Part shown: positions 53,539 through 62,552 of the stretch, one piece after another
How the letters are laid out: each line of letters begins with the position of its first letter
How positions within the stretch are numbered: the stretch's first letter is position 1
DNA from: Anaerolineae bacterium
GTDB lineage: Bacteria; Chloroflexota; Anaerolineae; B4-G1; DUEL01
Length of the DNA stretch: 64,000 nt
Direction: 5' to 3'
Assembly: GCA_025060135.1 (NCBI GenBank)
Contig: JANXCY010000013.1
Span: forward strand, 2,203 to 66,202
The notes under the pieces: generated by a model
What the model saw: only the letters and a program-made list of their open reading frames with translations
Told to the model about the DNA's origin: nothing
The model's database searches: none
Program-made: the position numbers and the translations under genes

Positions 53539-55491
53539 ATGAGAATTTCGCGTTCCGGCCTTGCTCTTCTGGTCGCTCTCGGGCTCATTGTCCTCTGTGG
53601 GATCACCTATGGATTTTCCCTGAGGCTACCTCTTTTTTCCGACGACATTCCCCACTTCCGGTGGATGGAAGGGCAAACCTGGCTGGGAATTTTGATCTCC
53701 TCCAGAGGAATCGGGTATTATCGGCCTCTGCCGTTTCTGGTCTGGAAACTCCTGCGCTCTCTCCAGGGCGGCCTCAACGCTCCGACGCTTCACGGAATCA
53801 ATCTGGCACTTCATCTGCTGAACGCTTTTATGGTGTGGGGCGTGGTGAACCGGCAGTTAGGGAAGAAGAGATGGGGAGTCGGAGAGGCCAGCGCACTCCT
53901 CTTCCTGACGTACCCCTTCAGTTACCAGGCAGTGCCCTGGGTGGGTGCTCTTACCCACCCTCTGGTTACGGCTATTATCCTGGGATCCCTGTACCTGAAC
54001 CTACGGGCAAAATCTCACCCTGCTGGTCTGTGGCATGCCCTTTCGGTCGGTCTGGCGTTTCTGGCGCCGCTGGCTCACGAGACCGGTATCCTGACCGCGC
54101 CGCTCCTCTGCCTGTTGCTGTTAACTGGTGAGGAAAGGTACTCGCTTTCCGGAGTCCTCCGACGGACCCGCTGCTACTGGTTGGCTGGGATGGTTGGGTT
54201 GGCCATCTGGCTGGCAGTACCCAAGGGGGTCCAGCCTCCGCGAATCTGGAATCTGGAGGCCCGCTACCAGAATGGCGTTTATCTCCTCCAGGGGCTGGCC
54301 TATCCGGTAGCACCGCTGGCCCGGAAGGTGTGGGAGGCTGGATGGGGGCTGGACGACCTCCAGTCCGTTCTATTGGTGTGCGCGCCCGTGGTGCTCCTCT
54401 GGGGATGGCTTTTAGCGATGAAAGGCCAGCAGCAGCTTCTCGTACTGGCTTCCGGGTGGTTTCTGCTGGCTGTTGCTCCGGCCGGGTTGATGTTGGGGTT
54501 TGAGTACGTGATAGATGCACCCCGGCTCCTCTATCTCTCATCCGTGGGGACAGCGCTATTCTGGACCGCACCTCTCTCCATCTGGAAAGCATCTCGGCAC
54601 GGACGGCTGGGGAGAATCGCTGCCGGGCTCGCCGTTCTCTCCATCGCCATGAGCGGTTTTGTCTTCATCCGCCAGCGGGCCGCCATCTACGAAGAAATGG
54701 GGAGGTGGATCGCCCAGTTCGTTCAGGGAGTTCGATCCGTCTCCGCACCTGGACCGGTGCTGTGTGTCAACTGCCCCGAGTTCCTGGCCCCGCGCGAACC
54801 CACCTTCGCCGTTGGGCACGAGGGAGTCCCAATTTGCGCCGGACACCAACTGGGCGACCTGTTCTGGGTCAACACACGAGAGGAGCGAAAGGTTACCGGA
54901 CTGGTCTTCCCCGACCTTCAGCGGCCCTGGAAATATCATTATGGAAGCGCGGGTGAGGCCCACACCTGGATAAGCCTCCAAGAGCCCCTTCGGAAGGCTG
55001 ACGCCGTTCTCCTGACGGAGTATTGGGGAGACAAGATCGCCGTTTATCCGGTTGGCATGCTGGCGATGAACGACGCTTCGCCTGCCGATACGTTCATCGC
55101 TGAATTTGGATCCCGGATCCGCCTGCTTTCGGCCGAGGTGGAACGGGAAGGCGAAATGGTGAGAGTGGAATTGTACTGGCAGGCAGTAACACCGGTGGAA
55201 GAGGATATGACCGTCTTCTTGCATGTGCTGGACCCGTCAGGCCGATTGGTGGCGCAGCGCGATGGATACCCCCTGATGGGACTCTCCCGACCAGTGGCCT
55301 GGCGTCAGGGGGATATCTGGCAGGACCTGCGTTGGCTGCGGCTACCAGAAGGAGGATACCAGTTCCTGGTGGGTCTATACACCGTGGAGGGAGGCATGCG
55401 CATTCCTGCGACTGATCCGGCGGGTCGTCGCTTCCCCGACAACGCTGTGCCCCTGGGAGAATTCACCTTCATCAGCACTGGCGGGATATAG
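53539..55491 (+). CDS. GT-C glycosyltransferase (ArnT/PMT-like) paralog.
   Basis: The motif is FSDDIPHF. The C-terminal module is IRLLSAEV...VELYWQAV...VFLHVLDPSGRLVAQRDGYPL...LPEGGYQFLVGLYTV. Confidence 0.7.
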   Translation: MRISRSGLALLVALGLIVLCGITYGFSLRLPLFSDDIPHFRWMEGQTWLGILISSRGIGYYRPLPFLVWKLLRSLQGGLNAPTLHGINLALHLLNAFMVWGVVNRQLGKKRWGVGEASALLFLTYPFSYQAVPWVGALTHPLVTAIILGSLYLNLRAKSHPAGLWHALSVGLAFLAPLAHETGILTAPLLCLLLLTGEERYSLSGVLRRTRCYWLAGMVGLAIWLAVPKGVQPPRIWNLEARYQNGVYLLQGLAYPVAPLARKVWEAGWGLDDLQSVLLVCAPVVLLWGWLLAMKGQQQLLVLASGWFLLAVAPAGLMLGFEYVIDAPRLLYLSSVGTALFWTAPLSIWKASRHGRLGRIAAGLAVLSIAMSGFVFIRQRAAIYEEMGRWIAQFVQGVRSVSAPGPVLCVNCPEFLAPREPTFAVGHEGVPICAGHQLGDLFWVNTREERKVTGLVFPDLQRPWKYHYGSAGEAHTWISLQEPLRKADAVLLTEYWGDKIAVYPVGMLAMNDASPADTFIAEFGSRIRLLSAEVEREGEMVRVELYWQAVTPVEEDMTVFLHVLDPSGRLVAQRDGYPLMGLSRPVAWRQGDIWQDLRWLRLPEGGYQFLVGLYTVEGGMRIPATDPAGRRFPDNAVPLGEFTFISTGGI

Positions 55492-55504
55492 CATTCGCTC
55501 ATCC

Positions 55505-55539
55505 ACGCTCTGTGCGGATGCGGGGGTTCATGGTATAAT
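55505..55539 (+). promoter_or_regulatory. Extended -10 promoter (TGgTATAAT) for the DUF1080 lipoprotein pair.
   Basis: TATAAT lies at 55534-55539 with TG at 55531-55532. The -35 is weak (TGTGCG). The ATG at 55622 has an SD AGGAGGG. Confidence 0.4.
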
Positions 55540-55621
55540 CCCCACCAGTTGGGGGCAGAACTCCGTTGCTGGAAGTCGGAGAGCGCACCGCGGTCCATTC
55601 CCACTCTACTCCCAGGAGGGA

Positions 55622-56263
55622 ATGATGGCATCCCGAAGTCCGCGCCCGATCCTGTTGATGCTGGCTCTTTGCCTGCTGGCGGCCTGTCGGGGGGAGTCCT
55701 CGGGCGTTCTTTTTTACGACCGCTTCGGCAACCCCAACAGCGGCTGGGGGAGCGAAAGCCGGGAATCCTACGACCGGGGCTATCAGGAGGGAGAATACTT
55801 CATAGAAGTCTACGACCCCGACTGGTTCGTCTGGACCGGGCCGGGGAAGCGGTTCGGGGATGTGGTCATTGCGGCCGACGCCCGTCGGGTCTCCGGTGCC
55901 CCAGGAGGACACTTCGGCCTCATCTGCCGCTACCGGGCGCCGGCCAGTTTTTACTACTTTGCCATCACCGATGATGGCTACTATGCCATCATGCGGGTCC
56001 GGGACCGCCACCCCAAAATCCTCAGCGGCGCGGGTTTCCTGCCATCCTCCGAGATCCCAATAGGCGCGGCTGTCTACCATCTCCGCGCCGTCTGCCAGGG
56101 GGAGCGCCTCCAACTGTTCGTGAATGACCAGCTCATCGCATCCGTCGCGGATCCAACCTTCCAACGGGGCGATGTGGGCCTGGGCGTCGGCTCCGGGCCC
56201 CAGGGCTCCATCCGCGTCCATTTTGATAACTTCAAGGTGATCGCGCCGGAGGAGGAACCGTGA
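55622..56263 (+). CDS. DUF1080 (LamG-like / 3-keto-disaccharide hydrolase fold) lipoprotein.
   Basis: The lipobox is LLAAC. The DUF1080 pattern is GWGSE...FGLICRYRAPASFYYFAITDDGYYAIMRV...LFVNDQLIASV...FQRGDVGLGV...VHFDNFKV. Confidence 0.6.
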   Translation: MMASRSPRPILLMLALCLLAACRGESSGVLFYDRFGNPNSGWGSESRESYDRGYQEGEYFIEVYDPDWFVWTGPGKRFGDVVIAADARRVSGAPGGHFGLICRYRAPASFYYFAITDDGYYAIMRVRDRHPKILSGAGFLPSSEIPIGAAVYHLRAVCQGERLQLFVNDQLIASVADPTFQRGDVGLGVGSGPQGSIRVHFDNFKVIAPEEEP

Positions 56264-56892
56264 AACCCACTGGCCGACCAACGACAGGATACGGGATCCT
56301 GTGCCTGCTCGGCGCGGTGCTCCTGTTCAGCGCGTGTGCCCAGGAGAGCGGCCTACCGTGGGAGGAAGACTTCTCTGCCCCCGGCCCCTGGAAACTGGAA
56401 TCAGATGCCGCCGCCCAGGTGCGAATAGAAGACGGCGCGCTGCGCATCTCCATCACGGCTTCCAATCAACTGGCCTGGGCCTCAGCAGGAAAAGATCTGC
56501 GGGACTTCCGCCTGACGGTAGAAGCCTCCCAGGTCGCCGGGCCTGACGACAATGAATACGGCGTCCTGGTGCGAATGCAGGACCCCCGCAATTTCTACGC
56601 GTTCTCTATCAGCGGGGACGGATACTTCTTGGTGAGCCGGTTCGTGGACGGTACCCGTCAGCCCCTGGGGACCGACTGGACCCCCTCCGAAGCCATCTAC
56701 TCGGGAACCGCCACCAATACCCTGGAAGTCCTCGTCCAGGGGAACCGACTGACCTTCATCGTCAACGGCCAACCGCTGGCCCGAGTGGAAGACGACCGCT
56801 TTTCCCACGGCGACATCGGCCTCTATGCGGGCAGTTTCTACGAAGGAGGCGTGGAGGTCTGCTTTGACAACCTCCGGATCACCGCTCCGTAG
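56260..56892 (+). CDS. DUF1080 lipoprotein, a tandem paralog.
   Basis: The lipobox is LFSAC. The same motifs appear (YGVLVRMQDPRNFYAFSISGDGYFLVSRF...FIVNGQPLARV...FSHGDIGLYAG...VCFDNLRI). There is an ATGA overlap with the upstream paralog. Confidence 0.6.
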   Translation: MKPTGRPTTGYGILCLLGAVLLFSACAQESGLPWEEDFSAPGPWKLESDAAAQVRIEDGALRISITASNQLAWASAGKDLRDFRLTVEASQVAGPDDNEYGVLVRMQDPRNFYAFSISGDGYFLVSRFVDGTRQPLGTDWTPSEAIYSGTATNTLEVLVQGNRLTFIVNGQPLARVEDDRFSHGDIGLYAGSFYEGGVEVCFDNLRITAP

Positions 56893-58684
56893 GCTGGATG
56901 AGAAGGCACTGGCCCCGGGCGGTCTGGAATGGTTGGTGTTGCTGTTGACCGCTGCGCTGGCCTTCTTGGGCGCCCTCGGCCTGATTCTGGCCTACGAGGC
57001 CTGGTGTGCCGACCGCATTTACCCCGGCGTTTGGGTAGGAAATGTACCGGTCGGCGGGCTACGCCTGGATGAGGCAACCCATCGGCTCCGCGAACGCCTG
57101 GTCCTGCCCCCAGTCCGCCTGGTGGGCCCGGAACGGGCATGGGACGCTCCTGCCACCGATATGGGCCTGCACCTGCAGGCAGAGGCCACGGCCCGCGCCG
57201 CCTTCCAGGTGGGGCGCGGGCCGGAAGACGGCCCGATGACCCACCTCCTGATCCTCTTCACCGGGTATTCCGTTTCCCCCATCCTCTCCTATGATGAGTC
57301 CGCGGCCCGCCTCTATCTCCAGGCGCTGGCGAAAGGGATCGACATCCCGCCAGAAGACGCTACCCTCACCCTCCAAGGCCTGACACCGGTCTCCACCCCA
57401 GCCCGCCCCGGGCGCATGCTGGATGTGGAGGGAGCGCTCCTGGCTCTCCGTCAGTCCCTGCAGAATCCCTCCGGCGCCCGAGTAGAACTGGTGGTCCGGG
57501 AAGTTTTGCCGCAGATCGCCAGCGCGGAGGCCGCCCGGGCCCGTGCAGAAGCCCTCCTTTCCGAACCGTTCACCCTGCTGCTGCCCAACCCCCGCCAGGG
57601 CGACCCCGGCCCCTGGCCCCTGAGGCCGGAAGAACTGGCCCGAATGCTTACCACCACTGTCCAGGGGGGCCATCTCGCCGTCACCCTGGACCGGGAGGCG
57701 CTGCGGGCATTTCTGGAAAGCATTGCCCCTTCCCTGGCAATAGAGCCGGTGGATGCCCGGTTCCACTTGGACCGGCAGACAGGCCAATTGGTGCCCATTG
57801 CCCCTTCGTCGCCCGGGCGGGCCCTGGATGTGGAGGCCAGCATAGCGAATATCCTGGCAGCGGTCGCGGCTGGCCAGCACACCGCGCCCCTCACTGTACG
57901 CACCGTCCCTCCCCAATTCCCCGAAACCGCCACAGCGGAGGAACTGGGGATCCGAGAACTGGTGGCCGAAGGGGATTCGTACTTCATCGGCTCCCCCTCC
58001 GGCCGGGACCACAACATCCGCCTGGCCGCCAGCAAGTTTGACGGACTGGTCATCGCCCCCGGCGAGACCTTCTCTTTCAACCGCTACCTGGGAGAAGTGA
58101 GCCGAGAGGCAGGGTACGACGAGGCCTACGTTACCCTGGGGGAGCAACTGGCTATAGAGGTCGGCGGCGGCATCTGTCAGGTCTCCACCACCGCGTTTCG
58201 GGCCGCGCTGCGCGGCGGATATCCCATCCTGGAGCGCTGGGCCCACCACCATCGGGTGGGCTACTACGAACTGCGCGGCCACGGGCCGGGCCTGGATGCC
58301 ACTGTCTATGCGCCTCTGCTGGACTTCAAATTCGTCAACGACCGCCCGACCGCGCTACTGATAGAGACAGAGATAGAAGAAACCAACCACCGGCTGATTT
58401 TCCGCTTCTACTCCACCGATGACGGACGGCGCGTGGAGATCAAAGGCCCGATCATCACCGACGAGACAGAGCCAGGCCCGCCGATTTATCAACTGGACGA
58501 GAAACTTCCCCCAGGGACAGTGGTGGAATGGCAGACGGCGCAGAAGGGGCTAACGGCCAGAGTGGAACGGTGGGTGTACGATGCGGGGGGGAATCTGCTC
58601 TATCACAACGTGTTCGTCAGCAAGTACGCGCCGCGCCGGGCCGCCTACCGCTACGGTCCGGGCTACGAGCCGCCGTCGCCGTAG
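56825..58684 (+). CDS. VanW-family protein with an N-terminal TM anchor.
   Basis: The VanW core is GETFSFNRYLGEVSREAGYDEAYV...GGGICQVSTTAFRAALRGGYPILERWAHHHRV. The ORF-track start overlaps the previous gene by 68 nt. The true start is probably a GTG/TTG near 56925 (LEWLVLLLTAALAFLG). Confidence 0.75.
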   Translation: MRAVSTKEAWRSALTTSGSPLRRLDEKALAPGGLEWLVLLLTAALAFLGALGLILAYEAWCADRIYPGVWVGNVPVGGLRLDEATHRLRERLVLPPVRLVGPERAWDAPATDMGLHLQAEATARAAFQVGRGPEDGPMTHLLILFTGYSVSPILSYDESAARLYLQALAKGIDIPPEDATLTLQGLTPVSTPARPGRMLDVEGALLALRQSLQNPSGARVELVVREVLPQIASAEAARARAEALLSEPFTLLLPNPRQGDPGPWPLRPEELARMLTTTVQGGHLAVTLDREALRAFLESIAPSLAIEPVDARFHLDRQTGQLVPIAPSSPGRALDVEASIANILAAVAAGQHTAPLTVRTVPPQFPETATAEELGIRELVAEGDSYFIGSPSGRDHNIRLAASKFDGLVIAPGETFSFNRYLGEVSREAGYDEAYVTLGEQLAIEVGGGICQVSTTAFRAALRGGYPILERWAHHHRVGYYELRGHGPGLDATVYAPLLDFKFVNDRPTALLIETEIEETNHRLIFRFYSTDDGRRVEIKGPIITDETEPGPPIYQLDEKLPPGTVVEWQTAQKGLTARVERWVYDAGGNLLYHNVFVSKYAPRRAAYRYGPGYEPPSP

Positions 58685-59511
58685 CGCTCCAGAAACTCCG
58701 CCAGCGCCTCCTCCCATGGCCGAAGGATGATGCCCAGCGCAGCCGCGGCGGTATTCGCCAGCGGCGAAAAGCGCGGCGGCGTGGAATCCCGCCGGAACTG
58801 GTCCAGAGTGATGGGCTCCACAGGGACATGCTCCCGTCCGCTGTGGCGGAGGATGACCCGGGCGAACTCATAACGGGAACAGTAGCCGCTGTTGGTCAGG
58901 TGATAGATGCCCCAGGCACCAGTGCGGATCAGCGCGACCAGCGCGGCTGCCAAGTCGGGCGCGTAGGTGGGGTTACTCACCTCATCGGCCACCACGCGCA
59001 GCGCGCCGCGTTCGTCGGCCAGTTGGAGGATGCGGTGGGGGAAGTTCCGTCCGCCCGGCGCGTAGAGCCAGGCTGTCCGCACGATATAAAAGCGGGTCAA
59101 CAGGTGGGAGACCAGCCACTCCCCCGCCGCTTTGGAGCGGCCATAGGGGTTGATGGGGCGGACGGGGTCCCATTCCCGGTACGGCTCCGTCGCCGTCCCG
59201 TCAAAGACCTCATTGGTGCTAATGTAGACCATGGCCGCGCCGACCTCTGCACAGGCCAAGGCGACGTTCTGGGTGCCCAGCGCGTTGACCCGGTAGGCCC
59301 GCTCCGGGTCCCGAGCACAGCCGTCCACGTCGGTCCAGGCGGCGGCGTGGATCACCACCTCGGGCGCGCAGGCAACAATGGCAGCCCGAATCGCCGCCCG
59401 GTCCGTGATGTCCACCTCCGGCAGGTCGCATCCGGAAACAGCCTCTCCCGCCAGCGCGGCCTGCAGTGCCCGGCCCAGTTGCCCCTTCTCCCCTGTGATG
59501 AAGACCCGCAT
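58663..59511 (-). CDS. rfbD: dTDP-4-dehydrorhamnose reductase.
   Basis: The sequence starts MRVFITGEKGQLGRAL and contains YGRSKAAGE (the Y-x3-K catalytic motif). It starts 5 nt after the lepA stop. The ORF-track N-terminal extension overlaps lepA and is rejected. Confidence 0.85.
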   Translation of the reverse strand: MRVFITGEKGQLGRALQAALAGEAVSGCDLPEVDITDRAAIRAAIVACAPEVVIHAAAWTDVDGCARDPERAYRVNALGTQNVALACAEVGAAMVYISTNEVFDGTATEPYREWDPVRPINPYGRSKAAGEWLVSHLLTRFYIVRTAWLYAPGGRNFPHRILQLADERGALRVVADEVSNPTYAPDLAAALVALIRTGAWGIYHLTNSGYCSRYEFARVILRHSGREHVPVEPITLDQFRRDSTPPRFSPLANTAAAALGIILRPWEEALAEFLERYGDGGS

Positions 59512-59516
59512 GTCTC

Positions 59517-61319
59517 CTATTCTTCTTCCAGCCGCAGAATGGCCAGAAACGCCTCTTGGGGGAGCACCACCTGCCCGAACTGCTTGAGCCGCTTCTTCCC
59601 CGCCTTCTGCTTCTCCAGCAGTTTCCGCTTCCGAGTAACGTCGCCGCCGTAGCACTTCGCCAGGACGTCCTTCCGCAGTGCCCGTACCGTCTCCCGGGCG
59701 ATAATGCGGCTCCCAATGGCGGCCTGGATGGGCACCGGGAACAACTGGCGGGGAATAACTTCTTTCATCTTCCGCACCAGTGCCGAACCCTTCTCGTAGG
59801 CCTGGTCGCGATGGACGATGAGCGCCAGCGCGTCCACCGGCTGTTCGTTGACCAGGATGTCCATCTTGACCAGGTCGCCGGGCCGGTAGCCCTCAAAGGT
59901 GTAGTCCATAGAGGCGTAGCCCCGGGTGGCCGACTTCAGCCGGTCGTGGAGGTCCACAATCATCTCGGAGAGGGGCATGTGGAACGTGAGCACCACCCGC
60001 TGGCTATCCAGATACTCCGTCGTCTCATACTGGCCCCGGCGACGGGTAACCAGTTCCATCACCGGCCCGATGTAGGCGGCAGGGGTAAAAATCTGGACTT
60101 TCATCCAGGGCTCCCGGATTTCCCGGACCACCGATGGGTCGGGCAGGTCGGCGGCGCGGGAGACCTCCAGCACCTCCCCCCGGGTAGTAACCACCTGGTA
60201 GGCGACGCTGGGAGCAGTGGCGATCAGGTCCAGGCCATACTCTCGCTCCAGCCGCTCCTGGACGATTTCCATGTGAAAAAGGCCCAGGAAACCGCAGCGA
60301 AAGCCGAATTGCAGCGCCTGAGAGGTCTCCGGCTCAAAGGTCAGGGCCGCGTCGTTGAGACGGAGTTTCTCCAGCGCCTCCCTCAAGTCCTGGTAGTCCT
60401 CCGCCTCCACCGGGTAGAGACTGGCGAAGACCATGGGCTTGGCCGGGCGGTAGCCAGGGAGGGGCTCTTCCGCCGGACGAGCGGCATCGGTCAGGGTGTC
60501 GCCCACGCGGCACTCGCGGACGGTCTTCAGGCCGGTGGCGATGTAGCCGACCTCGCCGGTCTCCAGCCGACCCGTCGGCTGCATCCCGGGGGTGAAGACG
60601 CCAATCTCCACCGGTTCGGTCTCCAGGCCGGTAGCCATAAGCATCAGCCGTCGGCCCTTCTCCACCACGCCGTCCACCACGCGCACGTAGGCAACAACGC
60701 CTTTGTAGGAGTCGTAGTGAGAGTCAAAGATGAGGGCTCGCAGGGGGGCATCGGGCCGGCCCGAGGGCGGGGGGATTTTCTGGACGACCGCCTCCAGCAC
60801 GGCCGGGACGTTGGTCCCTTCTTTGGCGGAGACCCGCAGGACCTCCTCAGTGGGGACACCCAGCAGGTCGGCCACCTCCTTCGCCACTTCGTCGGGCCGG
60901 GCAGCGGGAAGGTCGATTTTGTTGACAACGGGGATGATTTCCAGCCCGGCCTCCAGGGCCAGGTAGAGGTTGGCCATCGTCTGGGCCTCAATACCCTGAG
61001 AAGCGTCTACCACCAGCAGCGCGCCCTCGCAGGCCGCCAGCGCGCGGCTCACCTCGTAGGAGAAGTCCACATGGCCGGGGGTATCTATGAGGTTCAATTC
61101 GTAGCTCTGACCGTCGGCGGCGCGGTAGGTCATCCGCACCGCCGACGCCTTGATGGTAATCCCCCGCTCCCGCTCCAGGTCCATAGAATCCAGGACCTGC
61201 TCGGCCATCTCTCTCGGGGAGATGGTACCGGTCAGTTCCAGGAGCCGGTCGGCCAGTGTGGATTTGCCATGGTCAATGTGGGCGATGATGCAGAAATTGC
61301 GGATAGATTCCTGGCCCAT
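59517..61319 (-). CDS. lepA: Elongation factor 4 (LepA).
   Basis: [30 protein letters not shown] and NKID are the GTPase motifs. The LepA-specific C-terminal domain is present and the length is typical at 600 aa. Confidence 0.95.
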   Translation of the reverse strand: MGQESIRNFCIIAHIDHGKSTLADRLLELTGTISPREMAEQVLDSMDLERERGITIKASAVRMTYRAADGQSYELNLIDTPGHVDFSYEVSRALAACEGALLVVDASQGIEAQTMANLYLALEAGLEIIPVVNKIDLPAARPDEVAKEVADLLGVPTEEVLRVSAKEGTNVPAVLEAVVQKIPPPSGRPDAPLRALIFDSHYDSYKGVVAYVRVVDGVVEKGRRLMLMATGLETEPVEIGVFTPGMQPTGRLETGEVGYIATGLKTVRECRVGDTLTDAARPAEEPLPGYRPAKPMVFASLYPVEAEDYQDLREALEKLRLNDAALTFEPETSQALQFGFRCGFLGLFHMEIVQERLEREYGLDLIATAPSVAYQVVTTRGEVLEVSRAADLPDPSVVREIREPWMKVQIFTPAAYIGPVMELVTRRRGQYETTEYLDSQRVVLTFHMPLSEMIVDLHDRLKSATRGYASMDYTFEGYRPGDLVKMDILVNEQPVDALALIVHRDQAYEKGSALVRKMKEVIPRQLFPVPIQAAIGSRIIARETVRALRKDVLAKCYGGDVTRKRKLLEKQKAGKKRLKQFGQVVLPQEAFLAILRLEEE

Positions 61320-61327
61320 CGGTTCTC

Positions 61328-61355
61328 ATTTTAACAAGGGCAGGGGGATTGTCAA
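61328..61355 (-). promoter_or_regulatory. lepA promoter: TTGACA, 16 nt, TAAAAT. It predicts a leaderless or near-leaderless mRNA.
   Basis: Minus strand: -35 is the revcomp of 61350-61355 and -10 the revcomp of 61328-61333. Only 8 nt separate the -10 from the lepA ATG at 61319, and there is no SD. Confidence 0.5.
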
Positions 61356-61360
61356 GCGAT

Positions 61361-61397
61361 AAAAAAACCGCATGACCTGCGGAGGGGCCATGCGGTT
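61361..61397 (-). terminator. Intrinsic terminator of the RRM gene.
   Basis: AACCGCATG, a loop and CATGCGGTT form a 9-bp stem, followed on the minus strand by TTTTTTTAT. Confidence 0.5.
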
Positions 61398-61424
61398 GGG
61401 GTTATCGGCAGAAGCGGATCGGGT

Positions 61425-61721
61425 TTAATAGCGTCGCCGTTCCCGGCGCCGTTCTCCTCGCGGCTCCCGGGCTTCCTGCGGGCGCGCTTCGGCCACCCGA
61501 ATGGAGCGCCCGTCCACCATCCGACCATTCAACTGGTGGATGGCGTTCTGAGCCGACTGGTGATCGGCCATTTCCACGAAGCCAAAGCCCCGGGATTGGC
61601 CGGTCATCCGGTCGGTAACGATGCTCACCGAGACCACCTCCCCCACCGTCTGAAACAGACTGGCTAAGGTGGCCTCGGTCGTGGCGTAACTGAGATTCCC
61701 GACATACAGCCTGGTAGCCAT
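61425..61721 (-). CDS. RRM-type RNA-binding protein.
   Basis: RNP2 is LYVGNL and RNP1 is RGFGFVEM. The C-terminal tail is RG/RE-rich. Confidence 0.8.
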   Translation of the reverse strand: MATRLYVGNLSYATTEATLASLFQTVGEVVSVSIVTDRMTGQSRGFGFVEMADHQSAQNAIHQLNGRMVDGRSIRVAEARPQEAREPRGERRRERRRY

Positions 61722-61760
61722 CGCTCCTCCTGCGGCCCCAAGGCCGCTCTATGCATCGGC

Positions 61761-61970
61761 CTACAGGACACGCACCTGAGTGGCGTGGAGTCCCTTGGGG
61801 CCTCGCTCTACAGCGAATTCCACTCGCTGGCCTTCGCGCAGCGTGCGGAATCCGTCCCCCTGGATAGCGGTGTAGTGGACGAAGACGTCCTCACCGTTGT
61901 CCTGGGAGATAAAACCGTACCCCTTGGCATCGTTGAACCATTTCACGGTTCCGGTCACTTTACTGCTCAC
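61761..61970 (-). CDS. cspA: Cold-shock protein (CspA family).
   Basis: [15 protein letters not shown] (RNP1) and VFVHY (RNP2) are present. The probable start is GTG at 61970 ([12 protein letters not shown]) with AAGGAGG 8 nt upstream; the ORF-track start at 62042 is rejected. Confidence 0.85.
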   Translation of the reverse strand: MSSKVTGTVKWFNDAKGYGFISQDNGEDVFVHYTAIQGDGFRTLREGQRVEFAVERGPKGLHATQVRVL

Positions 61971-62106
61971 GTCTGCTACCTCCTTCAGGTATGGAAACAA
62001 CAGATTTCCGGCGAAGCGTTCCGCCCATACAAAAAAGACCACCCGGCCTCCGCAAGCCTGGGTGGTCTTTTCAGACGGAACCAGAACTTACTTCGCCTTA
62101 CATACA

Positions 62107-62134
62107 AGTATATCACAGTTTGCCAGAAAGTCAA
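62107..62134 (-). promoter_or_regulatory. cspA promoter: TTGACT, 16 nt, TATACT.
   Basis: Minus strand: -35 is the revcomp of 62129-62134 and -10 the revcomp of 62107-62112. This gives a 5' UTR of about 125 nt. Confidence 0.5.
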
Positions 62135-62240
62135 ACGGCAGCAAAAACCTGAGGGATTTCATCGCCGCTGCTGGACGTTGCCGTCTCAGCGTATCGCCGC
62201 GCGGGGAGGCGGTGGGATCAGGGTGTTGGGGGATGGTTGG

Positions 62241-62498
62241 TTAATCCGGCTTTGGCCGCTTCCAGAAGCAAATCATCTGCTGGGAACGAAAGGTAACCTG
62301 GACCAGTTCCCACCCTTGCTCGCCCGGGCCGTTCAGGACGGCCTCCACGGCGCGCAGGAACGGGTCTCCAGCATCAAAGTAGCAGATACCCTCCGTGTCG
62401 CAGTAGAGCATCGGCGGCACCTGGGCCACCGGTCCTTCCAGCCAGCCCAACACCTCTTCTGCGCTATGCACCGTCACCCGATATTGCCAGCGGTTCAT
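62241..62498 (-). CDS. DUF4177-like small protein.
   Basis: MNRWQYRVTVHSAEEVLGWLEG...GEQGWELVQV resembles the DUF4177 pattern. Confidence 0.45.
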   Translation of the reverse strand: MNRWQYRVTVHSAEEVLGWLEGPVAQVPPMLYCDTEGICYFDAGDPFLRAVEAVLNGPGEQGWELVQVTFRSQQMICFWKRPKPD

Positions 62499-62552
62499 GG
62501 ACGACCTCTCTTCTATGCGACCTGCTTCCTGCACCTTATGATCCGCGAGCGG

